Shown in pieces: positions 32,501 to 37,545 of a stretch of DNA of 64,000 nucleotides; the first letter of the stretch is position 1, and each line of letters opens with the position of its first letter. Below the pieces are notes generated by a model. It saw only the letters and a program-made list of their open reading frames with translations. It ran no database searches and was not told the origin of the DNA. Made by a program: the position numbers and the translations under genes. The DNA comes from a virus, in IMG/VR virus record IMGVR_UViG_3300046660_000385, positions 53,859 to 117,858 of that record; one strand, written 5' to 3'.

Positions 32501-35500
32501 CGTCGAGGAACTGCAGAGCGACTGGGGGCAGATCGGCAAGCGTGACGGCTTCAAGGGCGACCCGGTCCCGCCGGCGGAACTGGACGCGGCCGCCAAGGCC
32601 GCGCGCCAGGTGCTGAACAGGAACGACAACCTCGGCTTCGACTACACGATCGAGGCGATGAGCGCGATCGAGCACCACAACGACTGGAAACACCGCTGGG
32701 AGCTGGACACGCCGTCGGACTATGCCGTGGTCGACCACTACCGGCAACTGTACATGTTGAACGCGCTGGCCAATGCCGGCGTGCCGCAGGCGCCGTTCGT
32801 CGGCAAGACCGAGGCCTGGCTGAACCTGGCTTTGAAGCGCGTGATGGTCTACGCCGCCGAGAAGGGCTACGACCGTGTCTCGTTCGTCACCGGCGACCAG
32901 GCCGTCAACCGCTTCAACCTGTCGCAGCAGGTCAAGGCGGTCGAGGTCGAGAAGGCGGTCGGCGAGCCGGGCTACCGCGTCAACATCACGCTGCTGGACG
33001 GCGAGCCGCACGAGACCTGGGCCAACGATGACCACGACCTGGTCAACCTGATGGGCAAGGAGCTGGCCAGCAAGGCGATCGACCAGATCAAGGCCGATCC
33101 GTTCAGCGCCGCCCGCTTCACCGGCGACAACCTGAACCTGGGCGGCCACGGCATGCGCACGTTCTACGACAAGATCGTGCCGAACGCGGTGAACAACCTG
33201 ATGAAGGGGCTGGGCGGCGGCCGCGTGTACGAGGGCGACGTCATCCACAAGGAGCCGTACGACCCGAAGCCGGGCACGACCAACTACGTCGACGAGGACG
33301 GCCGCCTGGCCTACGCCAACCACGGCGTCACCGGCGACCCGGACTTCGGCGCCAACAACTACTACCCGTACAAGGGGTGGAGCAGCCAGCCGGTGATCGA
33401 CATCACCGACACCATGCGCGAGAAGGTACAAGGCGGCCTGCCGCTGTTCTCGCGCAACGTCGAGGACACCGGCCCGCTGCCGGCGGCGAGGGACGAGGCC
33501 AGCGTGCGCCTGTCGCGCGCCACCCCGCAGCAGCTGGCGCGCCAGGTCGGCGACACGCTGAAAACCAACACGGTGACGAAGCTGGGCCGCACGCTGTCGC
33601 ACTACCGCTCGATCGGCCTGCAGTTCCTGGGCCGCCTGCAGCTGACCGAGATCTACGGCAAGCTGTTCCCGCAGGGCGACCGGCCAAACATGCTGCAGTT
33701 CTACAGCGAACTGGCCGCGTTCATGGACGCCGAAAAGACCGAGGGCGGCAGCAAGGCCGACGCCATCGTCGACCGCTGGGCCAAGCTCAAGCGCGCCGAC
33801 GAGCTGGCCAGCCTGATGCACGACAGCACCCGCCGCGAGATCGACCCGTCCGAGGCCTACGTCACCGGCGACAACTACACGCACTGGAAGGAACTGAACG
33901 CGCGCTACGAGGCCCTCAAGAAGGCCGAGCCGGAAGCGATCAAGATCTTCCACGAGGCGGCGCAGATGTACCAGACCCACTACGCCAACGTGCGCCAGGC
34001 CGTGAAGGACCGGATCGACCGCACCCTGACGGCGCACCCCAACCGCAAGAGCCTGATGCGCCGGATGGAGCAGGAGTTCTTCGGGCGCGGCATCAAGGGC
34101 GTGTACTTCCCGCTGGCGCGCTTCGGCGACTACGTCGTCACCGTGCGCTGGGTCGGCAAGGACCCGAAACCGGGGCAAAGCGTGGTGCGCGAGGCCGTCA
34201 TCTTCGCCGAGACCCTGAACCAGGCCGAGGACGAACGCCGGCGCCTGCTGGCCGAGTACCCGGCGTCCAAGGGCTACCAGGTGATGCCGGTGACGAAGCG
34301 CGCCGAGTTCAACGCGGCCAGGGATTCCGTCTCGCGCGGCTTCCTGAAAAAGCTGTACGCCGCACTGGACGACGCGGGCCTGCAGGACCCGTCGCTGCAG
34401 GACACGATCAACCAGCTGTATCTGACCAGCCTGCCGGACCTGTCCTGGGCCAAGAGCGGCATCCACCGCACCGGCATGCCGGGCTTCAGCCAGGATGCGC
34501 GCCGCGCGTTCGCCCACCACATGTTCCACGGCGTGTCCTACCTGGCCAAGCTGAACTACTCGGACCGGCTGGCCGAGGTGCTCGAGGGCATGCAGAAGTT
34601 CGCCAACGCCAACGCCGCCAACCCGGACTACGACCACGTCAAGGCGCAGCAGGTCATCGACGAGATGCACAAGCGCCACGACAACTACATGAACCCGAAG
34701 GGCAACCAGCTGTCGACGAAGCTGACCTCGTTCGGTTTTGTCTGGTTCCTGGGTGCGTCGCCGGCCTCGGCGCTGACCAACCTGCTGCAGACCCCGACGG
34801 TGGCGCTGCCGATCCTCGGCGGCCGCTTCGGCTACTCCAAGGCGACGTCGGCGCTGATCGAGGCGTCCGGGCTGGCGATGCGCGGCCACAACGACATGGG
34901 CAAGATCCTCAAGGGCGACGAGAAGCGCGCCTGGGAGGAGTGGCTGCGCATCGGCCTGGTCGACCTGACGATGGTGCACGATCTGGTCGGCGTGGCCTCG
35001 GGCCGCGACAACCAGCTGCACGGCAACATGCGCAAGGTGATGAAGGTGGCATCCTTCATGTTCCACCACGCCGAGCGCTTCAACCGCCAGGCGACGGCGC
35101 TGGCGGCCTACCGGCTGGCGCGCAAGGACGGCATGAACCACGACGACGCGTTCCGCGCCTCGGTCGAACTGACCAAGGCCTCGCATTTCGATTATGCCTC
35201 GTCAAATCGCCCGCGCTTCATGCAGGGGTCGGCGGCGCAGGTCGTGTTCCTGTTCAAGCAGTACAGCCAGAACCTGATCTACACCTTCGCGCGCAACGCG
35301 AAACTCGCGTTCCAGGGCGACCGGCAAGCGCAAAAGACGCTGGCCGGCCTGCTCGTCACCCACGCGATCGCGGCCGGCATCATCGGCCTGCCGGCGGTGT
35401 CGACGCTGCTGGCGGCCGCGTCGATGCTGGGCGGCAGCGACGACGATCCGTGGGACGCCGAGGTGGCGCTGCGGCGCCTGCTGGCCGACCTGTTCGGCGA

Positions 35501-36191
35501 GACGGCCGGCCAGGTGCTGGCGCACGGCATCACGCGCCCGACCCCGTTCGACATGTCCGGCCGGGTCGGCGCCGACCACCTGATCTTCCCGGACATCCAG
35601 GAAGGACTGCAGGGCGAGCGCTCGTTCGACGCGTTCCTGGCCGGCCTGCTCGGCCCGGTCGTCGGCATCGGCGCCAACTGGGCCAGGGCCTTGCAGCAGT
35701 GGGGCCGCGGCGACAGCGCGCGCGCGATCGAGACCGCGCTGCCGTCGGTGGCCAAGGGACCGTGGCGCTCGATCCGCTACGCCGAGGAGGACGGCGCCAA
35801 GGACCGCAACGGCATCGTGGTGGCCGATGACATCACCGGCACCGAGCACGCGGCCTCGTGGCTGGGGTTCTCGAACGGCCGCGTGCGCGAGGCGCAGGAA
35901 GCCAAGGCCGCGATCTACGGGCGCGACCAGGCCCTGCAGCGCCGCCGCCAGCAGCTGATGGACGAGTACGCCCGCAAGCGCATCAAGCACGAGGACGTGG
36001 GCGACCAGATGGCCGCGATCCGGGAGTTCAACCGCGCGCACCCGAACCGGATCATCGGCGGGCTGCATCTGGCCCAGTCGGTGCGCAACCGCATGAAGCA
36101 CAACCAGCAGGCCAAACAGGGCCTGTACCTGCCGGCCAAGCGCGCGAAGGATGCGCGCTCGGCCGGCGATTTCGCAGACGGGGAGGACTAA
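14502..36191 (+). CDS. giant DarB-like polyvalent virion protein (7229 aa)
   Basis: Uninterrupted 21.7-kb ORF with strong GC3 bias; multiple recognisable enzyme domains; lies between ejection protein and lysis genes. Confidence 0.9.
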   Translation: MANDNKDLGDFAAITPGTQPDLGEFAKITPNGGKPRSAIGEIGNQLKAGMLVDLPKMAGQAIQYTSDPGRPVYEFGKSIADYAREQEARPDLQPQEYDHNIVTNTLAAGARMIPQSIIPAAGVGLVASGVGAGAGGALLAGSVLGAAPAGMAQAEDTLEKARAKGDISEHDALVAARKTGLIEWGGETVGNYLGGKMFGLAGRAIGKTTGTAAERALQEATNTQVLKPWMRQLPETIIGEVGTEMGQNAGEAYVEQQAGIDNHAPWDAAKEAILPTIGMTALLAPFGLAGMGVNAHRQQQRNDVLTSPDADQNSRTRIAAEIAPEIEKVDRQAAANFRVNAARAISSNQPLTLDSSLFADPAAAPPAPSAPAAQPAINPADAPDAGTDVVPQNAMTAAASLVQPMLPMRQEGAQKQAEERTRTTGIPHEVVPHPSAAGMFGVRAVQDPALEQGAAPAAEAPPLDPAAPATPAAPVGLQIGETVQATINGEDVFPEGTRITGFSPNGKFVLVEGSTAGIPIENITRLDPAAAAAIELGAHEAATSPQNDRPEPSEAQKHAGNYKKGPAELQGLPLMIENPVGSTRTGTDPDGTPWSTTMSDHYGYIRGTKGSDGKELDIYVGPNPASHHVFVVDQMNQDTGEYDEHKIMLGYNSPEQAQRAYEAHYTQGWQGGENVTATTVDGLKEWLKGDTTQPFNPAYYPDMQIPAGPDLFNTEQAAPPAVTTEAPAAPQQPQDREQIARDTLRELGQISNDHFGGNHPNAIDFGTADGTFAGLGTLNMDEQGNIVLRRFAYNEDHVLKNGKPASLQEMMDASLFSGSTPDAGAVPTSGLASFHDAYSKRAYDAIFRIQPQELVELARQGKAVLGNLSEGEVLLSGDIAGKYLSELNGKPVTPEELQRLTKPAGRMQGAALTEDELNAAFDQAENELAQEQKPPAQEPQAQEPSARWDNATPDERIDMLTKAGRGDVAEDFAHVGWDDLSPRAQEALSRPAQQPQSAYERYKEIMTRGGSGTAKLVDEIRRSDELTDAQVQELVGLPKIDKAAEEKSRADSAAFGQRAAEILSTLKGLKTPDAIASAQQTLSTLADDMDAVNDRFRNLVRKAADEIPAWMPHNLGQAGDAERQAANRVKNTLEGVANFGKNVTAPEHAGNEFKEYDPNNRFEPTASPEDAIGEAEIDERVIPLTMDASDFKEVTDEWASLFAAPGQKVITEQRAKQAGVMSQEEAAAQLAKWKEHVAKQAEEHRGENSQRTILSLFDLSGEWSKPWREAGYNVVTFDIQTGQDVNDFSVEYFTDEWDLSDVYGILAAAPCTDFTHAASRLWAVKDADGRTEASKELVLQTLRTIEYFRPKFWALENPSGGRIEKVTGLPSPRLSFQPHHFGNPETKPTALFGKFNPELPLANVAPTGSKTDKVGGKSIETKNERSETPEGFAYAFFMANNYIDQTPEQRLVGDFPELSGAVKGALKAGMDEEAIRDVVTRTYEDGDPDAARNELVQAVADHVKENGAPAKPAGVDYPNRRLGFQKAATDEADAYNDHAWANIAAANMKVGDKFELGGKQQSVESISDKTLKLKDADGKTRTLNPDGVAWDQFKRDLAGQLVVENLQANNIMKPARPLIDILRRDPAAHVDSKGSVYLRDGGLVPAAKQEDEEQATAWADVETGDRMDVVAYRARPFGAKEDGHPKGGVFYAETEDGTAGYGGTAAEVVKEKLSLTNVLVVDNKQAALTKLFGKNSDELGKYFDARDDESKNAESVADELIGPAAKAAGYDAVLYKQDTDLYGNATRSLQVVRNVDSQAEQAKPEAPAPAATEDEAKPGKIRSFSEDEKRAIAGISLGTGTLVNRELELGLGNFIRPNTIKALREKLLGMDPDKVRPYIDGAVRRYERERAEKEPVVQNQQKIHVYDEKEAKPLLIIACTEEKLAGRHAVIDLYQGAMFDVLRKWLPKGAIDVYVLSAKYGLVRAEAVLQSYDEKMTASRQKELIAEGLVPSDFKGKNFSEVYIAGGQLYAPVAQVYAEQLRAAGFVGPEAEVKGTVGFIGQQRGQLGEYLRTVHERLGTLPERPAPLEVGVRVRIKRLTKAPVAGVSLKDANRFAGRMGTVEREMIVGENRYFIVNLDDTPEKVERQQEFHSGFLDVLTPAEQAAPGELADDVEKRKAQIREQVEATLGADKQLVAQADLVGTGNRFVDFKDSYKAAFERTLAQMAKDGKIEARDVQMFTDSLDKLPGYLDRAARQFINDHHGPDNQELSSLKHKWGYTDENVPKDGRFPDYETALKFDNKRTGKEQFSFEIQVAQGPNGRWAVSSGYQQGGQTGNATGIGMIPPALTSEAHRTRMLAVEAGGEAIRQHLAANGKESLRTTGNILTAITKLKLLGELRDKAAALAARAEAAGAEKLAGQIREVGRDMQPNDVNLTRKRVDETIAGREKLVRAAEKRAEKKAAEKAAKAEPKADPKPEPVAPEAPQPKQDAPGTRRFPKSVRTAIATRLQQVLDGFSADRNTREGRARSIMRSAIEELGKEKTVIDVADQLRDASSDLFKQFKVQADVLDEIADQLDAAENQQEQEVPAAVAEPASPAKFDIGTPPTLDYRLQTRGGTLYLIPPVGKGFTKETRDALRDWLRSAGYFSNATGDHMVSASQITGGPSTDLIPDGVEEQKYGRLVAKEKAKDDGALAGSRPMSPKQFETDLKDHGKLRFGEATYEVKPAGRGGFGRIQADTYIVEVSYPHSNKQIGFQQNLSLQQAVEAARVDAFDWWDNRRVKEAEFAKKREKLVRAGQRELFGLFSKDPDLMRIAADAGLPVEVDAAARRAIVDWVAAEKAVADLDPDRKLMLDNIVIGGRVTFPSEWFDSLRKYLKRAVKRAEKELDRDPAVYQAELIRSAQLVGLPPESVGVFKLGFDHALAGKTKSTLPPSTMMAQGYDAGAAWMKSDEGQAWFTGRRGKKLENTGADLRRWFDESKRKIKEVTADNLTASYEIIKGQASRVEAFANVAGPGATPGTKRYITAVRDSLRPFQEWLLENGPLQTLYGETGYRESESFRITRFLDGRAYPMTYDATGKRVSMEDATAQERLELLQEAAATYNARLQGLAEAMSGATTVEEAARAYQGYLVKNKDEYVYSSTRLTEAGKEIDRLVRGRVHDLEPDTREVENLIKTQNEPDGPSNRKQALMVPKLDHVVREGEKLQDYRKGENVTPQQMKDTFGFADVGFGKWVGAKQDQDHLNYAYDAFMDLAKLLGIDPKHIGLGGSLHFTIGALGHGRHAAHFQARQPHPHGGTVPVINVTNTKGDGTVAHEWFHALDHALSEQWHGSSWVQHEAVQRVVRLLSTSRDIEFLVKKLPLAVSGQSFMRYGRRNTPIHNLKTEAGLIENAEAVLRYDAGRQGGRPTDYKKNADAMGEDYWGNPKELLARAAEAWVHDTLGGTSNYLVNPAWVGEGKVKAPQYKGAPYPMGEERKLFNDALGALVKALRFNDKGVTLDKETFDKEFPDLDRQFKEAYESLKAQIPSMVRAHLAEKEARKVAQKYAKDEAERAKQAEALAAQKAKEQAERDAAEARLREELEKQQQQPVEPPSGPLSEGDLEALFDQAESELAEEQQEQPEAKDPGEATQADHWTQEDYQHLLKLIDDGQVFLLADPSRGLSIIHDMPGQYTEHKGFGLFHTKTPEYDVTWDGGGEMRQTPGGKSYTLVSIKEGREAFLKAINWDQAKTKLQAKLIVKTGPKAAPTLSAEQEKSAKQLIGEAAKLGVTGIEESLKGLIQLFGGNALKSFPAGFDEESYKAAKPHFEKALAAFQAAGKTLVDLFKMLIQHFGPGIRPYAIQFAKEQGLSANLAPPVSATEKIAKWVEQRLQAKETFGSAPLFKVADEAFGGTQAEGKYSVKDAYDAMEAGMNRHIMAQGITPDGAATDAVHKIEELDGWTQRLATQTRRTEEMDEYQQFSTPPSEAFAAAWLANIRPGEVVLEPSAGTGSLAIYAKLAGADVVVNELSSRRAEVLKTVLPEARLFQENAEQLHNILPADVKPSVILMNPPFSATAGRMQGARDTNNGATHIEQALKRLQEGGRLVAIVGSGMAADRPAFKSWWTKIRQDYNVRVNITVDGSNYAKYGTTFDNQILVIDKTGPTTAAVVTGEVKTLAELPALLEGIRNERKAAEGTDGAHPSGQPDADQQGGDRVPAGQEAAGDRAGGADADPVGTGQRDQSDSGGAGLPGHRQDGSAGGRDGEQVGAEAGGEVSDQPGKPGPAGRGANGRGTGGLGNTRGRSGTADRESVPRDGGQQPVTGEVTVEASDQAAATGELSDAIFENYTPQRLSIPGAKPHPGKLVQSAAMSAVLPPSPSYAPNLPKAVIEKGLLSLAQLEAVVYAGQAHQQMLPGGEVRRGFFIGDGTGVGKGREIAGILLDNQRQGRKKAVWLSAKQGLLRDAKRDFAGVSGNPDHILAHNKVKAGEKIDADSGILFTTYDTLRMGSDIKNNAPGLAGPGTMSAEQLKATYPKGTPIEWRGRSGTLESWDTRGHKAKISLPNGVQTTVRFDELKVNGQSGWGGIDHVKNDKKLDSKSRLNQIVEWLGKDFDGVIAFDEAHKMGNVLERKGKRGKTKPSATALAGVALQEALPKARIVYVSATGATEVHNLAYATRLGLWGEGSAFAKVTDFVGGIESGGVAAMELVSRDMKAQGSYLARSLSFDGVTYDRLEHQLTPLQNDIYNELARAWQGVLQNVNAALEATLQNKDPKAKSNALSAFWGNHQRFFSHIITAMQMPTIIEAAQRDLDNGHAVVMQLVNTNQAEQDRQAAKMANDDEAIPEDFDFTPRDTLLNYVRHSFPVQQHEEYTDEEGNKHTRPVVDSKGNPVFNQEMVAKRDALVKNLEQIRVPDNPLDMIVRAFGVSNVAEITGRSRRFIQEQDPKTGGFKVVEQKRPASAVPADADAFMDDKKRVLVFSDAGGTGYSFQSDLGAKNQRRRMHYLVQPGWRANNAVQGFGRTHRSNEANQPHYVLPTTNLKAQKRFISSIARRLDQLGALTKGQRETGGQGLFAATDNLESQHAADAVQAFFVDMYNGTAKLNFAETTAALGLNGLIDESTGALIYGKLPEVPKFLNRLMSLETHRQDEVFEEFFNRLTEVIERAKANGTFDAGMETLRADKVTKLRDEVVYEDKRTGANTRYVELELTHPTHFNSFDQAQSEIVRWGDKFLGFFRNERTGKVFALMRTGTSTDAKSGNVVTRGAQLRTTGGYRYGDEVDKIIKGARGEKTVKKTVVPMLYSPPTNEVLTETYTNTNDKQMTVSSHRLADLLIQRGLERVEQTILAGPSGSERDAFIRLLDKMRPHLVAQKETERQVPAFVRLTADAARSEWDAEVAATPTTYTSKTHLLTGMLLPIWDRLPGDPRVVRTQTEDGERLLGRVVSERNLDQTLKNLGVGSNLSKVAPSTVLQRLMDGQRGILANGWLLQKVRVSNDSRIEISGQSLAYNRAERELLTNNGAFVERINWQERVFIPTGEQGVKLLEKLLEYKPLVELGKPAEAQTEDEDAEFSRGRSDTGMSRGDVQNVVAPIVKGWLNGPKVTVVQSVADLPFKAPSDTRGATYQGQVWIVADNLGHAGEVQFVLAHEALGHIGLQALLGKEALTRELNRLRLINPELAKAAREQAATFGYDLNLATEEALADLAGTGKTINGWQKFAALVQKALRQLGLDRVADWMEGKTQAETMSLLARAREAVEGSRAARTFGNMETARFSDGMKSPWFSQLARQIERLPQKSATALQWGETMMGSGFAQKGVKQDEIYWTGVMDWLLMQGENTKVTKAALLDYLAENGVRVTETMHSEEVPEPTPEGLAKREAVLAKYNERLDDLQERILDSDETPERLALQEEWSNLIDQRNIEADLAYRLPSNRFQRPRYASYTLPGGENNRELLLTLPAREPSFKLDDYIGELSDKYGWEVQGNMRRPGWTEDDLAPDERTRLHALQEESLQEDNERTRNTFQSSHWDQKNVLAHVRFNDRTDSEGKRVLHVEELQSDWGQIGKRDGFKGDPVPPAELDAAAKAARQVLNRNDNLGFDYTIEAMSAIEHHNDWKHRWELDTPSDYAVVDHYRQLYMLNALANAGVPQAPFVGKTEAWLNLALKRVMVYAAEKGYDRVSFVTGDQAVNRFNLSQQVKAVEVEKAVGEPGYRVNITLLDGEPHETWANDDHDLVNLMGKELASKAIDQIKADPFSAARFTGDNLNLGGHGMRTFYDKIVPNAVNNLMKGLGGGRVYEGDVIHKEPYDPKPGTTNYVDEDGRLAYANHGVTGDPDFGANNYYPYKGWSSQPVIDITDTMREKVQGGLPLFSRNVEDTGPLPAARDEASVRLSRATPQQLARQVGDTLKTNTVTKLGRTLSHYRSIGLQFLGRLQLTEIYGKLFPQGDRPNMLQFYSELAAFMDAEKTEGGSKADAIVDRWAKLKRADELASLMHDSTRREIDPSEAYVTGDNYTHWKELNARYEALKKAEPEAIKIFHEAAQMYQTHYANVRQAVKDRIDRTLTAHPNRKSLMRRMEQEFFGRGIKGVYFPLARFGDYVVTVRWVGKDPKPGQSVVREAVIFAETLNQAEDERRRLLAEYPASKGYQVMPVTKRAEFNAARDSVSRGFLKKLYAALDDAGLQDPSLQDTINQLYLTSLPDLSWAKSGIHRTGMPGFSQDARRAFAHHMFHGVSYLAKLNYSDRLAEVLEGMQKFANANAANPDYDHVKAQQVIDEMHKRHDNYMNPKGNQLSTKLTSFGFVWFLGASPASALTNLLQTPTVALPILGGRFGYSKATSALIEASGLAMRGHNDMGKILKGDEKRAWEEWLRIGLVDLTMVHDLVGVASGRDNQLHGNMRKVMKVASFMFHHAERFNRQATALAAYRLARKDGMNHDDAFRASVELTKASHFDYASSNRPRFMQGSAAQVVFLFKQYSQNLIYTFARNAKLAFQGDRQAQKTLAGLLVTHAIAAGIIGLPAVSTLLAAASMLGGSDDDPWDAEVALRRLLADLFGETAGQVLAHGITRPTPFDMSGRVGADHLIFPDIQEGLQGERSFDAFLAGLLGPVVGIGANWARALQQWGRGDSARAIETALPSVAKGPWRSIRYAEEDGAKDRNGIVVADDITGTEHAASWLGFSNGRVREAQEAKAAIYGRDQALQRRRQQLMDEYARKRIKHEDVGDQMAAIREFNRAHPNRIIGGLHLAQSVRNRMKHNQQAKQGLYLPAKRAKDARSAGDFADGED
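16110..16585 (+). other. domain of giant protein: inorganic pyrophosphatase-like (polyvalent type)
   Basis: AGNYKKG...IENP.GS.R.G...HYGYIRGT.G.DG..LDIYVG...DEHK.MLG. Confidence 0.75.
18250..18830 (+). other. domain of giant protein: C5-cytosine DNA methyltransferase-like
   Basis: ILSLFDLSG (motif I-like), APCTDF (catalytic PC), WALENP (motif VI). Confidence 0.7.
19500..19880 (+). other. domain of giant protein: degenerate ADP-ribosyltransferase-like fold
   Basis: VAYRA...GGVFYA...AGYG...L.L.NVL...AGYDAVLY follows the polyvalent ART pattern loosely. Confidence 0.4.
20240..20660 (+). other. domain of giant protein: DUF6884/YaaA-like
   Basis: IIAC...K...DLYQG..F...VLSAKYGL......YD..M...GG..Y...IGQQ. 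Confidence 0.65.
24050..24910 (+). other. domain of giant protein: LPD1-type region with HEWFH zinc-binding motif
   Basis: FGF..V.FGKWV, AYDAFMDLA, AHEWFHALD, YW....ELLARA.EAWV, PYP.GEER. Confidence 0.65.
26280..26880 (+). other. domain of giant protein: N6-adenine DNA methyltransferase
   Basis: QQFSTP, VLEPSAGTG (motif I), MNPPFS (motif IV). Confidence 0.85.
26932..27330 (+). CDS. nested gene in the +1 frame of the giant ORF (132 aa, unknown function)
   Basis: SD-like GGAAGG just upstream, ATG 26932, TAA 27328-30; GC3 bias switches from the host frame to this frame over exactly this interval. Confidence 0.75.
   Translation: MNEKLLKVRMARTLLVNQMPINRAAIEFLPGKKPLATEPAVLTLIRWGLDNGINPIPVAPGYPDIDRMEAQVDAMANRWEPRRAVRFLTNPESQDPLDVVLTAEELAASATPEDAAELLIENLYHAMVANSP
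27380..29900 (+). other. domain of giant protein: Strawberry-notch-type SF2 helicase (N- and C-terminal lobes)
   Basis: LSLAQLEAV, GFFIGDGTGVGKGR, FDEAH, YVSATGA, SDAGGTG, QGFGRTHRSN. Confidence 0.9.
31090..31620 (+). other. domain of giant protein: zincin-like metallopeptidase (MPTase type)
   Basis: VLAHEALGHIGL followed by EEALADLA. Confidence 0.7.
33600..36191 (+). other. C-terminal PLxRFG-containing region of giant protein
   Basis: VYFPLARFGDY motif near 34100, then helical/hydrophobic C-terminus. Confidence 0.75.
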
Positions 36192-36258
36192 TGTTCCGTA
36201 AGTACCCCGTCGGGCGGGCGGGGATTGTTGTACCACTATAAAACTAGGGATAACAACC

Positions 36259-36441
36259 ATGCCTTCGCAAGAAACGCACCTGGCGCTCGCCGAACAGCGC
36301 ATCGCCGCACTGGAAGATAAGGTCGCCAAGCTCACGGCCGACCGCGACCAGGCTTTGAAATGGGGAATCGTGACGTTGGGATCGGCCGTCGTCGGCCTGA
36401 TCTCGTGGATCGTCACCTATTTCAAGGAACACATCAAATGA
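36259..36441 (+). CDS. small coiled-coil plus single-TM protein, holin/antiholin-like
   Basis: 60 aa; heptad N-terminus, WGIVTLGSAVVGLISWIVTYF helix, first gene of lysis block. Confidence 0.6.
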   Translation: MPSQETHLALAEQRIAALEDKVAKLTADRDQALKWGIVTLGSAVVGLISWIVTYFKEHIK

Positions 36442-36545
36442 CCAGCCGCAGGATACAGATGCGGGTGTGCCACACCCTCGCCGTCATTGCCGCCACGCTG
36501 GCGACCGTGGTCCTGATCTTGACCCTGCGCTCGGTGTTCGTCTAA
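36438..36545 (+). CDS. 35-aa single-TM peptide in lysis block
   Basis: ATGA overlap, SD AAGGA; MTSRRIQMRVCHTLAVIAATLATVVLILTLRSVFV. Confidence 0.5.
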   Translation: MTSRRIQMRVCHTLAVIAATLATVVLILTLRSVFV

Positions 36546-36570
36546 CGCCGCGCCCAACCGGGAGACCATC

Positions 36571-37053
36571 TTGATTCTTTCGCTCCTTTCTTTACTGGGC
36601 GGCGGGCTGATGCGCCTGCTGCCCGAGATCTTCGCCATGCTCAAGCAGCGTGGCGACAACCAGCACGAGCTGGCCCTGCTCGACAAGCAGATCGCGCTGG
36701 AACAGACCCGCAGCGCCATGCGCCAGGACGAGATCCGCACGCAGGGCGAAGCCGACCTGAACCTGGCCGAAATGAGTGCGCTCACCGAGGCGCTCAAGGG
36801 TCAAATGCAACTAACCCACGTAGGGTGGGTCGACGCCCTGAACTTCGCGGTCAGGCCGGTGGCCACCGGATACCTGCTGGCGCTGTACGGGCTGGCAAAG
36901 CTGGCCATGTACCAGGTGGCGCTGGCGCACGGTGTCGGCGGCTGGGAAGCGATTCTCAAGGTGTACGACAGCGAGGACCGCGCGATCCTGTCCGGCATCC
37001 TGGGCTTCTGGTTCCTCAACCGCACGATCTCGAAAGCGAACGGCCAGCGATGA
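36571..37053 (+). CDS. putative holin
   Basis: SD GGAG, TTG start; N-terminal hydrophobic segment, VRP motif, further TM segments, LGFWF.NR end; directly upstream of endolysin. Confidence 0.65.
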   Translation: MILSLLSLLGGGLMRLLPEIFAMLKQRGDNQHELALLDKQIALEQTRSAMRQDEIRTQGEADLNLAEMSALTEALKGQMQLTHVGWVDALNFAVRPVATGYLLALYGLAKLAMYQVALAHGVGGWEAILKVYDSEDRAILSGILGFWFLNRTISKANGQR

Positions 37054-37487
37054 TGGGGCAGGCGCTCGAACTGGCCCTGCGCCTGATCCGCACGTTTGAA
37101 GGGTGCCGGCTGCGCGCGTACCGCGACGTGGTCGGGATTCTGACGATCTGCTGGGGATCGACCAGGGGCGTGAAGGAAGGGGAGGTGCGCACGCAGACCC
37201 AGTGCGACATGCTGCTGGCCAGCGAGGCGGGCGGCTTCATGCTCAAGGTCCTGCAGCTGTGCCCGGAGCTGGCGCCGTACCCGGCCCGGCTCGCGGCCGT
37301 GACCAGCTTTGCGTACAATTTGGGCCTCGGGTCGCTCTCGGCCAGCACGCTCAGGCGCAAAATACGGCGCCTGGACTGGGATGGCGCGGCCGCGGAGTTC
37401 CCGAAGTGGCGCTTCGCCGGCGGGCGCGCGATCCGCGGCCTGGTGATCCGCCGCGCGTTGGAGAGGAAAACGTTCGAGGGGGCGTGA
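37050..37487 (+). CDS. endolysin, GH24 lysozyme
   Basis: FEGCRLRAYRDVVGILTICWGST (E-8-D-5-T triad), SFAYNLG, GLVIRR..E. Confidence 0.92.
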   Translation: MMGQALELALRLIRTFEGCRLRAYRDVVGILTICWGSTRGVKEGEVRTQTQCDMLLASEAGGFMLKVLQLCPELAPYPARLAAVTSFAYNLGLGSLSASTLRRKIRRLDWDGAAAEFPKWRFAGGRAIRGLVIRRALERKTFEGA

Positions 37488-37499
37488 TACTATCACGCC
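37481..37499. repeat. palindrome copy 1 (variant), candidate parS
   Basis: GGCGTGAT-ACT-ATCACGCC; symmetric T>C / A>G variant of the three par-locus copies. Confidence 0.55.
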
Positions 37500-37506
37500 G
37501 CAATAC

Positions 37507-37541
37507 AAGCCCGTCCACCTTCGCGGTGGGCGGGCTTTTTT
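37507..37541 (+). terminator. terminator at the convergence of late and early arms
   Basis: AAGCCCGTCCACC-TTCGC-GGTGGGCGGGCTT stem then T run. Confidence 0.85.
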
Positions 37542-37545
37542 ACGT

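Noticed and set aside
16280-35830. Other alternative-frame plus-strand ORFs inside the giant gene (e.g. 18092..19456, 27983..30517, 33377..35830)
   Set aside because: Arg/Pro/Gly-rich off-frame products with no disturbance of main-frame codon bias, unlike 26932..27330
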